64,000 nucleotides of DNA from the human T2T-CHM13v2.0 reference genome, Homo sapiens, in the NCBI GenBank assembly GCA_009914755.4, contig CP068257.2, positions 26,432,001 to 26,496,000 of the forward strand, given 5' to 3'. A program made the translations under genes and the position numbers. Positions 51,906 through 64,000 of this stretch are shown one piece after another. The notes below the pieces were generated by a model. The model was not told the DNA's origin. It was given only the letters and a program-made list of their open reading frames with translations, and did no database searches. Positions within the stretch are counted from its first letter, which is position 1, and every line of letters starts with the position of its first letter.

Positions 51906-54900
51906 TTGGGCCATATCTTTGTAGTGCTCGTCCACTTCATTTGACCCATGTTAAGACAGTCAATGTAATGTAAAGTTGAGGTTTGCATTACATTTCTGCT
52001 CTGGCACTCTTATTTGGCTGCACTTACTCACTCCAATGACTCTGCACTCAACAAAAAGAAATTCATTAGGCTGGAATTCTGTATAGAAGGGAGACAGGCC
52101 TGAGAGAGCTCCCTTTTCCTAGCCATCCTAGATAAGTCATTTGCAGATCATCCCCTAGCCATTTAACACATTCACATGTGAGGAAAAGATTTCCCCAGCA
52201 GAGTCCAGCCTAAATGTTGATCCACAGTGAATTCACTTTTAGGATGGTTTTTATGGTCTATGGAGTACTTCATATCAAAAATAATTTTTAACTAAAATGA
52301 TTTTTATGTAATTTATACTTTCTCCTAGTAAACATATTTTGACATTATAATTTAAAAGAGATGGACTCAAGTGTTTAATGGGCCAAGATTTTCCTATATA
52401 GGTTAGAAATTTAGGGTTAGAAAAGACTGTTTTAAGCCACGAAGTTAAATTTTTGAATAAATTAATACCAACTGTGACTCATATTGTTGGTGTATTTTGC
52501 TTTACATCAATAAGTTGGTAGTAGATGTATGTGGAGTTAAGTCGTGGATGATTCTTCGGTTTAAATTATTTTCTTGTTTCTGTGGGATCCCATGACTTTC
52601 CAGACATCACTCACCTCTATTATCTTTATTTATATTTTTTTTTTGGCTTATTTCAAAGTAAAATGGTTATTTCTTACCCTAGTTGTTTCCCTCCCTCTCT
52701 TGATTTCTATTCCCTGGCCATGCTTTCACCTGATGAAACATGGTCCAGGGCTAGGCAAAATTCTGTGAAAAACAGTATTTGGTGTAATGATATTTCCCTT
52801 GAATTTTAGATTTCTAAGTAGAGAGCCTTGTTGTTAATATCTTCTTCCAGTGGAATCCATTAGACTAAGAAGTAATTATACCTTATAAAATAAAAATACT
52901 ATCAAGTTCAAACCAATTTTTTTTTCTATTTTTTGATAAGAGGAAAAAGGGGGGCAGGCATTATTTTTAACCTGCTTTTATTATGAAATACTCAAAGCAT
53001 AATAGCTGATGTGCCAAATAAAGTCTTTGGCAGATGATTATTAAAAGCACATGGATTCAAAGGGCTTGTAGGAGTGGAAAAATGACAAGTCAATATCAGA
53101 TACATCATCTTCTTATGTACTTTACTCATTTCTATTACCCGGAATCATTAAGGATAGTATTCTTAAATGTCATGCTGCAAATTAAATTTTATCATAAACC
53201 TGATTTTAAGCCTTTAGTATTAGAAGGAAAAGCAAAAACTATTATTTTCTGACCACAATACTGAATACAAGTATTACCATTATTATTAACATATGTAGTG
53301 GTGATTGAGAAATTTTAAAATTAGTTTTTTGTAGTAAGCTACGCTTTTGATTTCTCAAGTATTTTCTACTGCTTCATGATTTAAATATTTGCTCTTCTTT
53401 AAAACACCCACTTAAAAAAAGTTACCACTTCTAGAAATGTTTAACTTCAAGTTTGTCACTTTTAATACTTGCCCATACCAATCAAACTTAGATTTCCTAT
53501 CTGGCCTACTATTCCTCCAAAAAAACAGGGTATAATAAGAAGTGGTTGTTTCTTCTGACTGAAATTGAACATAGTATACAATACAGTATCCATTGCTCAC
53601 CAATATAACCAAAGCAGAAGTAACCACAAGCTACCTGGGCCCTTCTTGTTGGCCTGTCAGAATATATGTTACTACCATCCCACAAACCACCATATAAACT
53701 AACTTCAGCATAGTAATAAAGTCAACCAATTCTGGTCATCTGAAAGGCTTTGACCCTAATCCTGATCATGCCAGGGGAAGGGATGGATGGTAAGGTAACA
53801 AGAGCAGAGGTTTGTTTCTGTCATATCAAATGGCTGTTAGAGAAAAAGTTAGGTTCTTCTGTAATCTTGAAGCTTAGAAGCTCCACAGCTTGAGGGCTGC
53901 ACTCTTCTCCCAGAGCCTTTCATCCTACCCTGCCAGATCTCCTACAGCACTGGAATGAGTGTGGAGCTTGTGAGTTTTACCCAGTGAATGCTGCACTAAG
54001 AACCTGGGGTGGAAGAAAGGTGCTACTTAACCATTCATTGCTCTGATTTGTATGACTTATTGTTTATTACATATGTTTCATTTTTTATTGATTTCATAAT
54101 GAAAGCTTACCTTAAAATTTATACTCCTCCCATCCATTTTTCTTCACTTTTCTTTTTTTCTATTCTATATATTTAACCTCATCTTTTTTCAAATTGTGAG
54201 TATTTTAAACAAAGAGTTATGTATGAATGAGAGAAAATGTGAGAAAGAGCCATGAAACTACAGATACTATAAATTTCCATTAAAAATAAAATATTTTATT
54301 AGTTTTATTCTGGTGTTGTATTGTAGTTTTACTGTAATAAAACCATATTATCAGCAACATCCAATAGCATTAGAATAACTTAAGCCTGCAAAGATAGAAA
54401 ATATAGAGCACAAATATTCCACGGTGTTTAATAAATTATTCCAACCATCCATGTTTAAGCCAATGTTATTTTAATAAGAAATTTTCAGATCAGCTATTTA
54501 CAAAGCATAAACTATTCCCATCACTTTTATTCCACGAATTGACCTTCACAGTACAGAGCCATTTCCACATTCTTTTATTTCTCTTGGAAAATATATAGTG
54601 ATTATCAAGGTAGTTACTGCAAGAGTAAAAGATGAGAAAGTTACTTGAATATTACAAAAATAAAGTATCAATACATAGTATATGTAAGTTATTCTTATAA
54701 CAAGCACACGTAACTTTGACAAATGAATCTCAAAATTGTCAATGGAAATAAATTTACATCAGGTGTCCTTTTTCAATAAATTATTTCAGGAACGTGAACT
54801 ATTGTATTAAAGAGTATATTAATTCATCCTTTTTTGTCATTGCTTTTCCATGTTTTTATTGCTCTACCTTTCTTTGAGAGGCTAATATATAGAAATTGGA

Positions 54901-56825
54901 AGCTATTTTCCAATGGGCAGCATCAAATATCTTGGCTTATTTGCTGTTGGCATGGGGCTGGTCACATGTTCATGTTTTTCTTGGACTATTCAGCTGCCCC
55001 TCCAGCTTTGTGCAACATTGTTTTCCATGAATGAGCTTTGATTAAGATAATTTCATAGTTTAAACTATTATGTTGGAGAATTAACTTGTAACAATTTTAA
55101 CATAAAATGATTTATTATAATCTCAGGATTGGGTATTGGTCGAGGTTTCTATGTCATCTCCAATTGATTGTAGAGATCAATCATAAAGAATGTAGGGGAC
55201 AAGCAATAGTTTCCTTCCTCGACTATGACCCTTCCTGTCACTAGAAAAGATGGTCAAGGGGAAAGATTTAACAGAATAAACAGCATAGAATAATCCTAGA
55301 GTATTTTGATTTAAATTTTTTATAGTAAAAATAAACAAATGTAGAAATGTGTATTTCTAGATTTGCACAAAAGAACAAACAAAATTTATATAAACGCCTA
55401 CAACAATAACATTATTTGCTTATATTATATCTAGCTAGGAATTCATAATGAGTCTTAAGAATCTTTTTTCCAAACACTGATATTCTAACTCTGTAAATCT
55501 TGATTTTGTTTAAAATTTCAAGGAACAGTTTGGATATTTTCGTACTTACACACATACTTGTGTGTGTGAAATAAAATAGTTTAAATTTTTATCTCACACA
55601 TGCACATACACAAATGGATCATGTCAAGCTTTGTCTTAGAGAGAAGGAAAGGGAGAAGTGAAGAGAATATGAATAAAACTTTCTAGTTCTCTTTTGATTG
55701 GAGGAGTTGTTTTAATCAATGACTTCCTAGAGTTCCACTTACCAATTTAATAAGGTCAATACTTAATAAAGATAATTAAATATTCCATTAAAATATTAAA
55801 ATAATTTGGGCGATAGTATTTCCTACTTTTCAAATTTGGCTAGAGTATACTTCATTATAAAATAATGATTGATAAGCAACAACATCACAAGTGTGGTATA
55901 TTGAAACTGCCTACATCAAAGAAATAGAAGATTTATATGATGACTTTATGACTTAAAACAAATTCCTAGTTATAATTTGAAAGAGAAAAAATTACGTTCA
56001 TTTGAATTAATAATTAATTACTATTATGATTAATCCATCTGTAATTGAAGTCAAGGAGAAGGGAAACTTGAATTACTAAAAGTCAAAATATTAGAATCGC
56101 CATAACAAAATATATTTTAACAATATGCCATACTGATTTTAATTATATCAATACATATTTTTCTATCAGAAGTCCTAAGAAATGTCTTCGTATCACTGAA
56201 TTGCATTTTATTTCTAAGTACTAGCAGTTGTTTGCAAAATTTGTCCTATTCAGATTTTAAATTCCCCCTGTAGTCTTTCTTTCCCTAATGACTTAGGCAT
56301 ATACTAAATGTGCTATACATATACTGAAATGCCTTCATAATTCAAAATATGCATTATGAATCTCAACTATTAAAGTGTGTTTAATGTACACATAAATTCT
56401 CAAGGACTACTGAAATATGTGAAGTTATTTGATCCTCTAATAAGTATACGAAATCTCCATGTTTTGTAGTGTATCTGTTTTCTGTTTTATCGGTCAATTC
56501 TTAACCGTCCATTGGTCTGTTTTTTATAACCTGCCCTTTTTTGAAAAAGAAACAAAAAAGCCATGTTGGCTCAGTGAATTCTAATTTTATAGATTATATT
56601 AAGACAGTAGAGACTGAGGGAGCCTTCTTTCTTTATAGACTAACGCAATGTAATAAAAGAATCTGGAAGATCACTAACTTGCTCTGTGATCCAGACAAAG
56701 TTATTTAATCTACATGGCTTTGTTTTTTTATTGTAAAATAAATAGTTCTAACCAATAATGTCTCTAAAGTACCCTCTTTAACATAAAATTTTATGATCAA
56801 ACTTTATTTTTCATTTTTTTATTTG

Positions 56826-57540
56826 TATAGATTTAAGGGATACACGTGCATTTTTGTAACATGGATATATTGCATAGTGGTGAAGTCTAGAAGTGATATA
56901 AATGTTAATCAGAATTAATACATATTTTTGCTCCTTTGAGGGAGTTAAAAAATGAATTAATTTACATATTTTAAAACAATGAGTGCAGAAACAAACAATA
57001 ATTTGTATAGTTTACTAATTAATGTAAACTTAAAAAGGTAATATAAAAAAGCATTCCCAACTTAAGAGATCATCTGATGATAGTCACTATTTCAAATAAT
57101 TTTGCTATGTTTTTTAGTTTCTTCTTTTAAAAGAAAATTATTTTTATGAGTACATAGTAAGTGTATATATTAATGGGGGCATGAGATATTTTGCTACAGG
57201 CATGCAATGTGTATTAATCACATCATGGTAAATAGGGTTTCCATAACCTCAAGCATTCATCATTTCTTTGTGTTACAAACATTCCAATTGTAGTCCCTGA
57301 GTTATTCCAAAATGTACAACAAACTATTGCTAACTTTAGTCATCCTGTTGTGCTTTCAAATATTAGATCTTATTCATTGTATCTAACTGTATTTCTAACC
57401 ATTAACTATCTCCATTTTCCACCCCAACTTCCCACTATTCTTTTCAGCCTCTGGTAACCATGATTTTGCTATTTAGATACACTATTCATCTTTGCCAACT
57501 CACTCATGCTGGAGCTCTATTTATACTCCCAAACATAGTT
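56826..57540 (+). mobile_element. L1 fragment(s) (3'-region block of an older primate L1)
   Basis: ATAGATTTAAGGGATACACGTGCATTTTTGTAACATGGATATATTGCATAGTGGTGAAG.., then after about 240 bp of divergent sequence TTTTATGAGTACATAGTAAGTGTATATATTAATGGGGGCATGAGATATTTTGCTACAGGCATGCAATGTGTATTAATCACATCATGGTAAATAGGGTTTCCATAACCTCAAGCATTCATCATTTCTTTGTGTTACAAACATTCCAATTGTAG.. ..CTTTTCAGCCTCTGGTAACCATGATTTTGCTATT.. Confidence 0.5.
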
Positions 57541-58179
57541 TATCCAATAACAGCAAAATGTCATTTAGTTGTTGAACTACCCAATCCCCACATAAATTTT
57601 TGTCAAAGTTGCATTTTTAAAAGTGATTGACCATTGATTTTTTTTTCAAATATTTTCTTCACTTGGATCACAAGCAACAACCAGCCAGTGGAAAGTTTTG
57701 CAAAATTCTTGGCTTTCTGTACCAACCTAAGAGCAGATGGATATTTCCCCACTACAGATGAAACAAATGTTTCTTTTTGGATAGGTTTTCCCATTAAACA
57801 AACTTTTGCCATTGAAATCTATGTTTAGATTTGGTCCGTTGGGACATCACAAAGTTAAATAGATGCTTGCTGAAATATGTTTCATTTTTGCTGACTCAGA
57901 AACATGTTAATTGTTCTGTGAATTTAGTAACAATCAACAAGTATTATTTTAAAATAATTACTTTGTCAAAAGATGATACTTCTGATGTTTGATTAGTTTT
58001 GGCATATGAGGTAGGCTTCAATCTTACTGAAATTACTTAAGCTATCTGCATTTCTTTTCCCTGAATATGAATGAGTCTTTTCAACGTTTTTGGTGATGAA
58101 CAGGATCACACTCTGCTCAAATCTGTTCAAAGAGAAGTCCAAGACTAGCAAAACACGTAACTGTTACTTAATTTAAAAG

Positions 58180-58210
58180 GCAAAACAAAACAAAACAAAA
58201 CAAAATCTTT
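58180..58210. repeat. (AAAAC)5 microsatellite
   Basis: GGCAAAACAAAACAAAACAAAACAAAATC. Confidence 0.85.
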
Positions 58211-58235
58211 CAAAAGTTCACACCTATATTTATTT

Positions 58236-58345
58236 TGGGCAATTTGCCCCTTCTTGACCTCAGTTTCCTGTGTGTAAAATGATGAGTTTGCATTAAATGA
58301 TTTGCAAAGTCTCTCCAGCCCTTAATTTCTAGGACTCTGTGACCC
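58236..58345 (+). mobile_element. MIR SINE core fragment
   Basis: TTGACCTCAGTTTCCTGTGTGTAAAATGATGAGTTTGCATTAAATGATTTGCAAAGTCTCTCCAGCCC resembles the MIR core ..GAGCCTCAGTTTCCTCATCTGTAAAATGGGGATAATAATAGTACCTACCTCATAGGGTTGTTGTGAGGATTAAATGAGATAATGCATGTAAAGCGCTTAGCACAGTGCCTGGCAC. Confidence 0.4.
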
Positions 58346-59756
58346 CATTTACAAGCCTCACTAAGCTAATCTACCACAGATGTATTCTTACTCACTTTCA
58401 GTGCCAATAAACATTAGCATTGGGAAACAGCTAATAACAAGCTAATGTTTCTGATGGTGCAAACAGAGATTGATATAAATGAAAGCACAGTTTGGTTCTC
58501 ACTAGATAGAACTGAATTTGTTTAGTCATTCTTTTTGTTACCCATTACATATAAAGTTGGAATTCCCACCTAAGTTCAGTGTATTATGCCTGTTCTCTTT
58601 TCCATCTCCACTTTACTTTTGATTGTCTATCATATTCTGTAGATTCAAATGAGTTGAGAAAAGTACTGGTTTAAGGAAAGAATCATTTGTTCTTGTCCAC
58701 ACCTCATATCTTCTCTTTTCCCGTACCCAAATGCTCTGATGCCCCATGTATGGTTATAAGGCATATGCTTCTTAGAAGTCAATGTGGTTACAAGTTAAGA
58801 ATGAAATGACACATGGCTAACCCTGCTTTTGCATTTTGCCTTCAACATATCCATTCTCTCCTTCTCCTTTGTCAGTAAACCTCATCAGACAAAAATATTT
58901 CCAATCTCAGAAAATTAAATCAGTCAAGATAATGCTTTCTCTTTCCAGAAACTATGAAATGTGCCCATCTCTCTTGCTCTGTGACTTAGTTATAGACAAT
59001 AAGAGTAACAGGTAAGTCTGCTGAAGAACTGTGGGGCTGGCTTTACCTTCCCTAATGAAGGGAACCTTGATATACACCCCACTGACTTCTCCCTTCTCGT
59101 TTTGATACCTATAGTTGTAGTCACCATCTTGTGATCATAAAGAAAGGCCAAGAGAAAAATAGATGTAAAGAAGGCCTCACGCCATTGAATAGCTGAACCA
59201 AAATTACAACAACCATTCATATCTAAACTTTTCTTCATATCAGAGAAAATCAAGACATTTGTTTGTAGAAGATGCAGTGCTGGACGTCCTAGATATCCCC
59301 ATCAGGATTGAGATAGTTATTCTCCCAGCCGCTATGAAGATTATGTGTTGATATCTCTCAGAGGTCAAGACCTCCTCCAGAATTATTATCAGCTGAGGAA
59401 TGCTTCCCCATCTAAGGAGATGTGTCCTTCTTGGGGAAACCCACATCTAATGACTATTTGGTAGGGAAATATAACAATCTGAGTGACTCTCCTCAAAACA
59501 GGATAACTCTGAAGGGCCCTCTCTTCTGTGAGGCATCCCTCAAACTTGGCTGGTCCTTGTTATAGATAAAACTCACTCCAACTTTCCTTCTACCCAGAGT
59601 TCTGCTTCCTTAATTTCCCCTAAGGTGAAGCTTCTGAGAACACTCCCTGTGAAAAATTCTAACACTAGTCTCTGTCTCACAGCTTCTGACAGAAAGCAAA
59701 TTACAATATTGTATAATGTACTTTTAGATTTTCTGTTATTTGTGGCCAAAATTATT

Positions 59757-60027
<271 letters not shown>

Positions 60028-60429
60028 CAAAATTATTCCTAACTTGCACGTAAGTATACAAGCAAATTGGGAGACTGGTAAAACTAACTGGCAGACTCCC
60101 ACAAAAGAGACTTTGTAGTGTGATGAAAACACATGATCTTTCCTGAAGGTTGGGTTCAAATCCAGGCCTAGTCGCTTGCCAGCAAGGTAAAGTTAAGCAA
60201 AATATATAAGCCTATTTTAGTCTTGTTTTCCTTAAGTGTTAAGAGAACTAATAATACTTTCATTATTTATTTAATTTTATAATTTCTGGTGACTAATAAG
60301 GAGGTAATATACAATGCATCCAACACATACAATCATTTGTTGAAAATTCTTTGTGAGGACTCAAAAAAGTAACACATAAATAGCATCTAACACGTATAGT
60401 TTCCACTCTATAAATAGTAGCTATGCTAG

Positions 60430-60731
<302 letters not shown>

Positions 60732-60839
60732 ACTAGTGTATTAATTTTAAAATTGTATTTATGAATGACACAAGTCTAAAAATATATTTCCAGATTTGAG
60801 TACCTAATAGTCTATTATATAAATAGCTGGTTTGCATTT

Positions 60840-63313
60840 ATTATCTTTCATATTTCCACTTCATTTAAAAAGTACATACATGTGACCCAGGGTAGCCACT
60901 GGGATTTATGAAGAGGCAAAAGTGGGGAGATTTGAGAATTTAGGAATGTCAGGAGTGGGCATACACAGAGCTATCTCTGGGCACCCTCACCCACTTTGCA
61001 CAGGCTTTTGCACAGTGGATGATTGTGCTCCTGGAAGAGATCCAGGGAGCACAAAGTACGAGACCTGCTTCTGCCCAAGAGGATCAGAAACTGAGACCTA
61101 TGTGGGTCTCAGGGGATGGTACTAAACCACTCGTGAGAAATTCACCACCATAATCTCATCACCTCCCACCAGGCCCCACCTCCAAAACTGGGGATTATAT
61201 TTCAACATGAGATGTGGGTGTGAACACAGATTCGAACTATATCATTCTTCCCATGGCCCCTCCCAAATCTCATGTCTGTCTTACATTTCAGAATACAAAT
61301 ATGCCTTCCCAATCATCTCCCAAAGTCTCAACTCATTCCAGCGTTAACTCAAAGACCAAAATTCAAAGTCTCATCTGAAACAAGGTAAGTCCCTTCTACC
61401 TATGAGCCAGTAAAATAAAAATAAAATTCTAAAAATTAAAAAAAAAAACAAGTTAGTCACTTCTAAGACACAATGATGGTACAAGCATTGGGTAAACACT
61501 CTTATTCCAAAACGGAGGAATCAGCTAAAAGAAAGGGGCTACAGGTCTTATGCAAATCTGAAACTCAGCACAGTAGTCATTACATCTTAAAGCTTCAAAC
61601 CAATATCCTCAGACTACATGTCTCACATCCAGGGCACACTGATACAGGGGTGGGCTCCTAAGATCTTGCCCAAGTGCCACCCCTCTGGATTTGTAGGATT
61701 CTGCCCCAGAGGTTGCTCTCACAGGTTGTTATGTGCCTGCAGCTTTTCCACAGCAAGGGTGCAAACTGCCAGTGGATCTACCCAGTCTGGAGGATGGTGA
61801 CCTTCTTCCACAGCTCAACCAATGAGAACTCTGTCTGTGGGATCTGACCCACATTTTCCCTCTGTACTACCCTGGTAGAAGTTTTCCATGAGGACTCTGC
61901 CACTTCAGCAGGCTTCTGCCTGGACACCTAGGCTTTTCTATACATCCTAGGAAATGTATGCAGAGGTTCCCAAGCCTCAAACACTCTTGCATTCTGTGCA
62001 CCTACAAAGTAAACACCATGTAGAAGCCACCAACACTTATGGCTTGCACCCTCTGGTGCTGTGGCCTAAGCTGTTCCTGGACTACTTTGAGCCACTGCTG
62101 GAGCTGAAGCTGACAGGATACAGGGAGCCATGTCCTAAGGCTGTGCAGGGCAGCAGGGCCCTGGGCATGGCCCACAAAACCATTCTCTCCTCCTAGGCCT
62201 CAGGGCCTGTGATGGAAAAAGCTGCCCCTTAGATCTCTGAAATACCTTCCAGGCCTTTTTTCCCATTGTCTTGGCTAGCAGCACTTGCTTTCTTTTCACT
62301 AATGCAAATTTCCACAGCAAGTGGTCACTCAGCAACCTACTTGAATTTTCCCTGAAAATGAGGTTTTCTCTTCTACTATATGAACAGGCTTCAAAATTTC
62401 CAAACTTTTACAATTTGCTTCCATTTTAAATATAAGTTCTAGCTTTAAATCATTTATTTGCTCCTGCATATGAGTATAGGCTGTTAGAAGCAGCCATACC
62501 ACATCTTGAATGCTTTGCTGCTTAGAAATTTCTTCTTCGAGATACCCTAAATCATTACTCTTAAATCCAAAGTTCCACAGATCCCTAGGGTGGGGGCATA
62601 ATGCAACCAAGTTCTTCACTAAGGCATAACAAAAGTGACCTTTGCTCCAGGTCCCAGTAAGTTGTTTATTTCCATCTGAGACCTTGGTAGCCTGGACTTC
62701 ACTGTTTACATCACTATCATTATTTCTGTCACCATCAGTTAACCAATGTCTAAGATGTTCTAGTTTTCTTCATCTTCCTGTCTTCTGAGCTCTCCAAACT
62801 CTTCCAACCTCTACCTGTTACTCAATTCCAAAGTTGCTTCCACATTTTCAGGTATCTTTATAGCAATGTCCCACTCCTCGGTACCAATTTTCTGTATCAG
62901 ACCATTCTAATATTGTTATAAAGAAATACCTGACACTGAGTGATTTATAAGAAAAGAGGTTCAATTGGCTCATGATTATACAGGCTTTACAGAATGCACT
63001 GCAGCATCTGCTTCTGGAAAGGCCTCAGGAAGCTTCCAATCATGGCAGAAGGTGAAAAGGGAGCAGGTGTGTCTATCACATGGTGAAAGCAGGAGCAAGA
63101 ACAAGAGTGGGGGAGGTGCCAAATACTTTTAAACAAAATAATCTTCTGATAACTCATTCACTATCAGGAGGACGGTACAAAGAGGATGATGCTAAACCAT
63201 TCATGAGAAATCCACCCCCATGATCCAATCACCTACCACCAGGCCCCAACTCCAACATTGGGAATTACGTTTCAACATGAGATTTGGGTGAGGACACATA
63301 TTCAAACTATATC
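60840..63313 (-). mobile_element. Complete MST/THE1-type MaLR element (LTR-internal-LTR, about 2.47 kb)
   Basis: Two reverse-complemented MaLR LTRs both end ..CCACCAGGCCCCA[C/A]CTCCAA[A/C]A[C/T]TGGG[G/A]ATTA..TTTCAACATGAGAT[G/T]TGGGTG[T/A]G[A/G]ACACA[G/T]ATTC[G/A]AACTATATCA, at 61243 and 63313. The 3'LTR is about 60840-61243 and the 5'LTR 62893-63313, the latter starting CTGTATCAGACCATTCTAATATTGTTATAAAGAAATACCTGACACTGAGTGATTTATAAGAAAAGAGGTT.. Between them lie 1.65 kb of internal sequence ending ..GTCCCACTCCTCGGTACCAATTTTC next to the 5'LTR, as expected for THE1/MST-int. Short ORFs 61473..62619 are internal-region remnants. Confidence 0.75.
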
Positions 63314-64000
63314 ACTGACCTTGAAGCCACTTAATTCCTTTATGCATGCCACCATGCTGTGCATGTAATAGTGAAGACTTAATTCTTCCTCTGAGTCATG
63401 AGAACTGCAGGGGCCAAAATATCAAAAATCATCTTTCACTTTTTATATTAAAACCAAAAAACAGGTTTCAGGAGGGTCATGTCTTAGAGTCTAGGGAAAG
63501 AAATGCTGTAAATTTTACTATGGATACAATGCTGACCAGAAAAAAAAAAAAAACTGTTGAAAAAGTGAAGCTCATTCACTGTAGCTGATGTGGCCCCAGT
63601 TGCTGTGTAATTTGCTTGTAAAACAAATAAATTTTCTCTTCCCTCAAGAATTTATGGTCTGATGGAGAAGGGAATCATTAAAGTTCTATGTAGTGAGATA
63701 TCCCCAAGGGGTGTATTAGGCTTACCACCACTGGAATCTGGATAGATGAAGACAGAGTGGCAGGGAAGTCGTATTAAGGTTCTGTTTCTGCTGGGAGCCA
63801 CAGGTCCTCAGGAAGCAACAAGTACTGGGCAGATTGATACTGTAGCTGGGCTCTAGCTCTATACCTCTAGAATAAAGGTTACAAACTAGCAACTTGAAAG
63901 CTAAACCTGGCCCACAGATATGTTTTATTTGGCTCTTACACTGTTTTAAAAAATATTACCAACATTTAAAACTGGGAAGTTTTATGAAAAAACCCAGACT

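Overview
This window is primate (human-type, catarrhine) nuclear genomic DNA, not a prokaryotic, phage or plasmid locus. It is AT-rich and mostly interspersed repeats and simple-sequence DNA. It contains:

- Thirteen recognisable Alu SINEs, most with target-site duplications (TSDs), plus two Alu-monomer-like fragments.
- A near full-length, degenerate LINE-1 (about 5.7 kb, minus strand) with ORF1 and ORF2 remnants.
- A Hsmar2-like mariner DNA transposon remnant abutting the L1 3' end.
- An LTR12 (HERV9) solo LTR.
- MaLR/ERVL-type LTRs, including one complete LTR-internal-LTR MST/THE1-type element.
- Several L1 3'-end and ORF2 fragments, and a MIR fragment.
- Many microsatellites and minisatellites: (CA)22, (TAGA)n joined to (GGGAT)n, a 30-bp AT-rich tandem repeat, (ATG)n and a T26 run.

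I found no convincing protein-coding exon, tRNA, rRNA, CRISPR array or CpG island. Every ORF in the six-frame track is either TE-derived (L1 ORF1p/ORF2p pieces, mariner transposase pieces, Alu-antisense peptides) or an artefact of simple repeats.

I do not see an undescribed biological system here. The observations worth a second look are structural and repeat-biological: a G-quadruplex-capable minisatellite, an LTR12 promoter-type element, an oddly truncated Alu with direct repeats, and an MST element with discordant LTRs.

All coordinates are hand-estimated and may be off by roughly 10-20 bp. Older repeats (L2, MIR, DNA transposons) in the repeat-poor stretches may have gone unrecognised.
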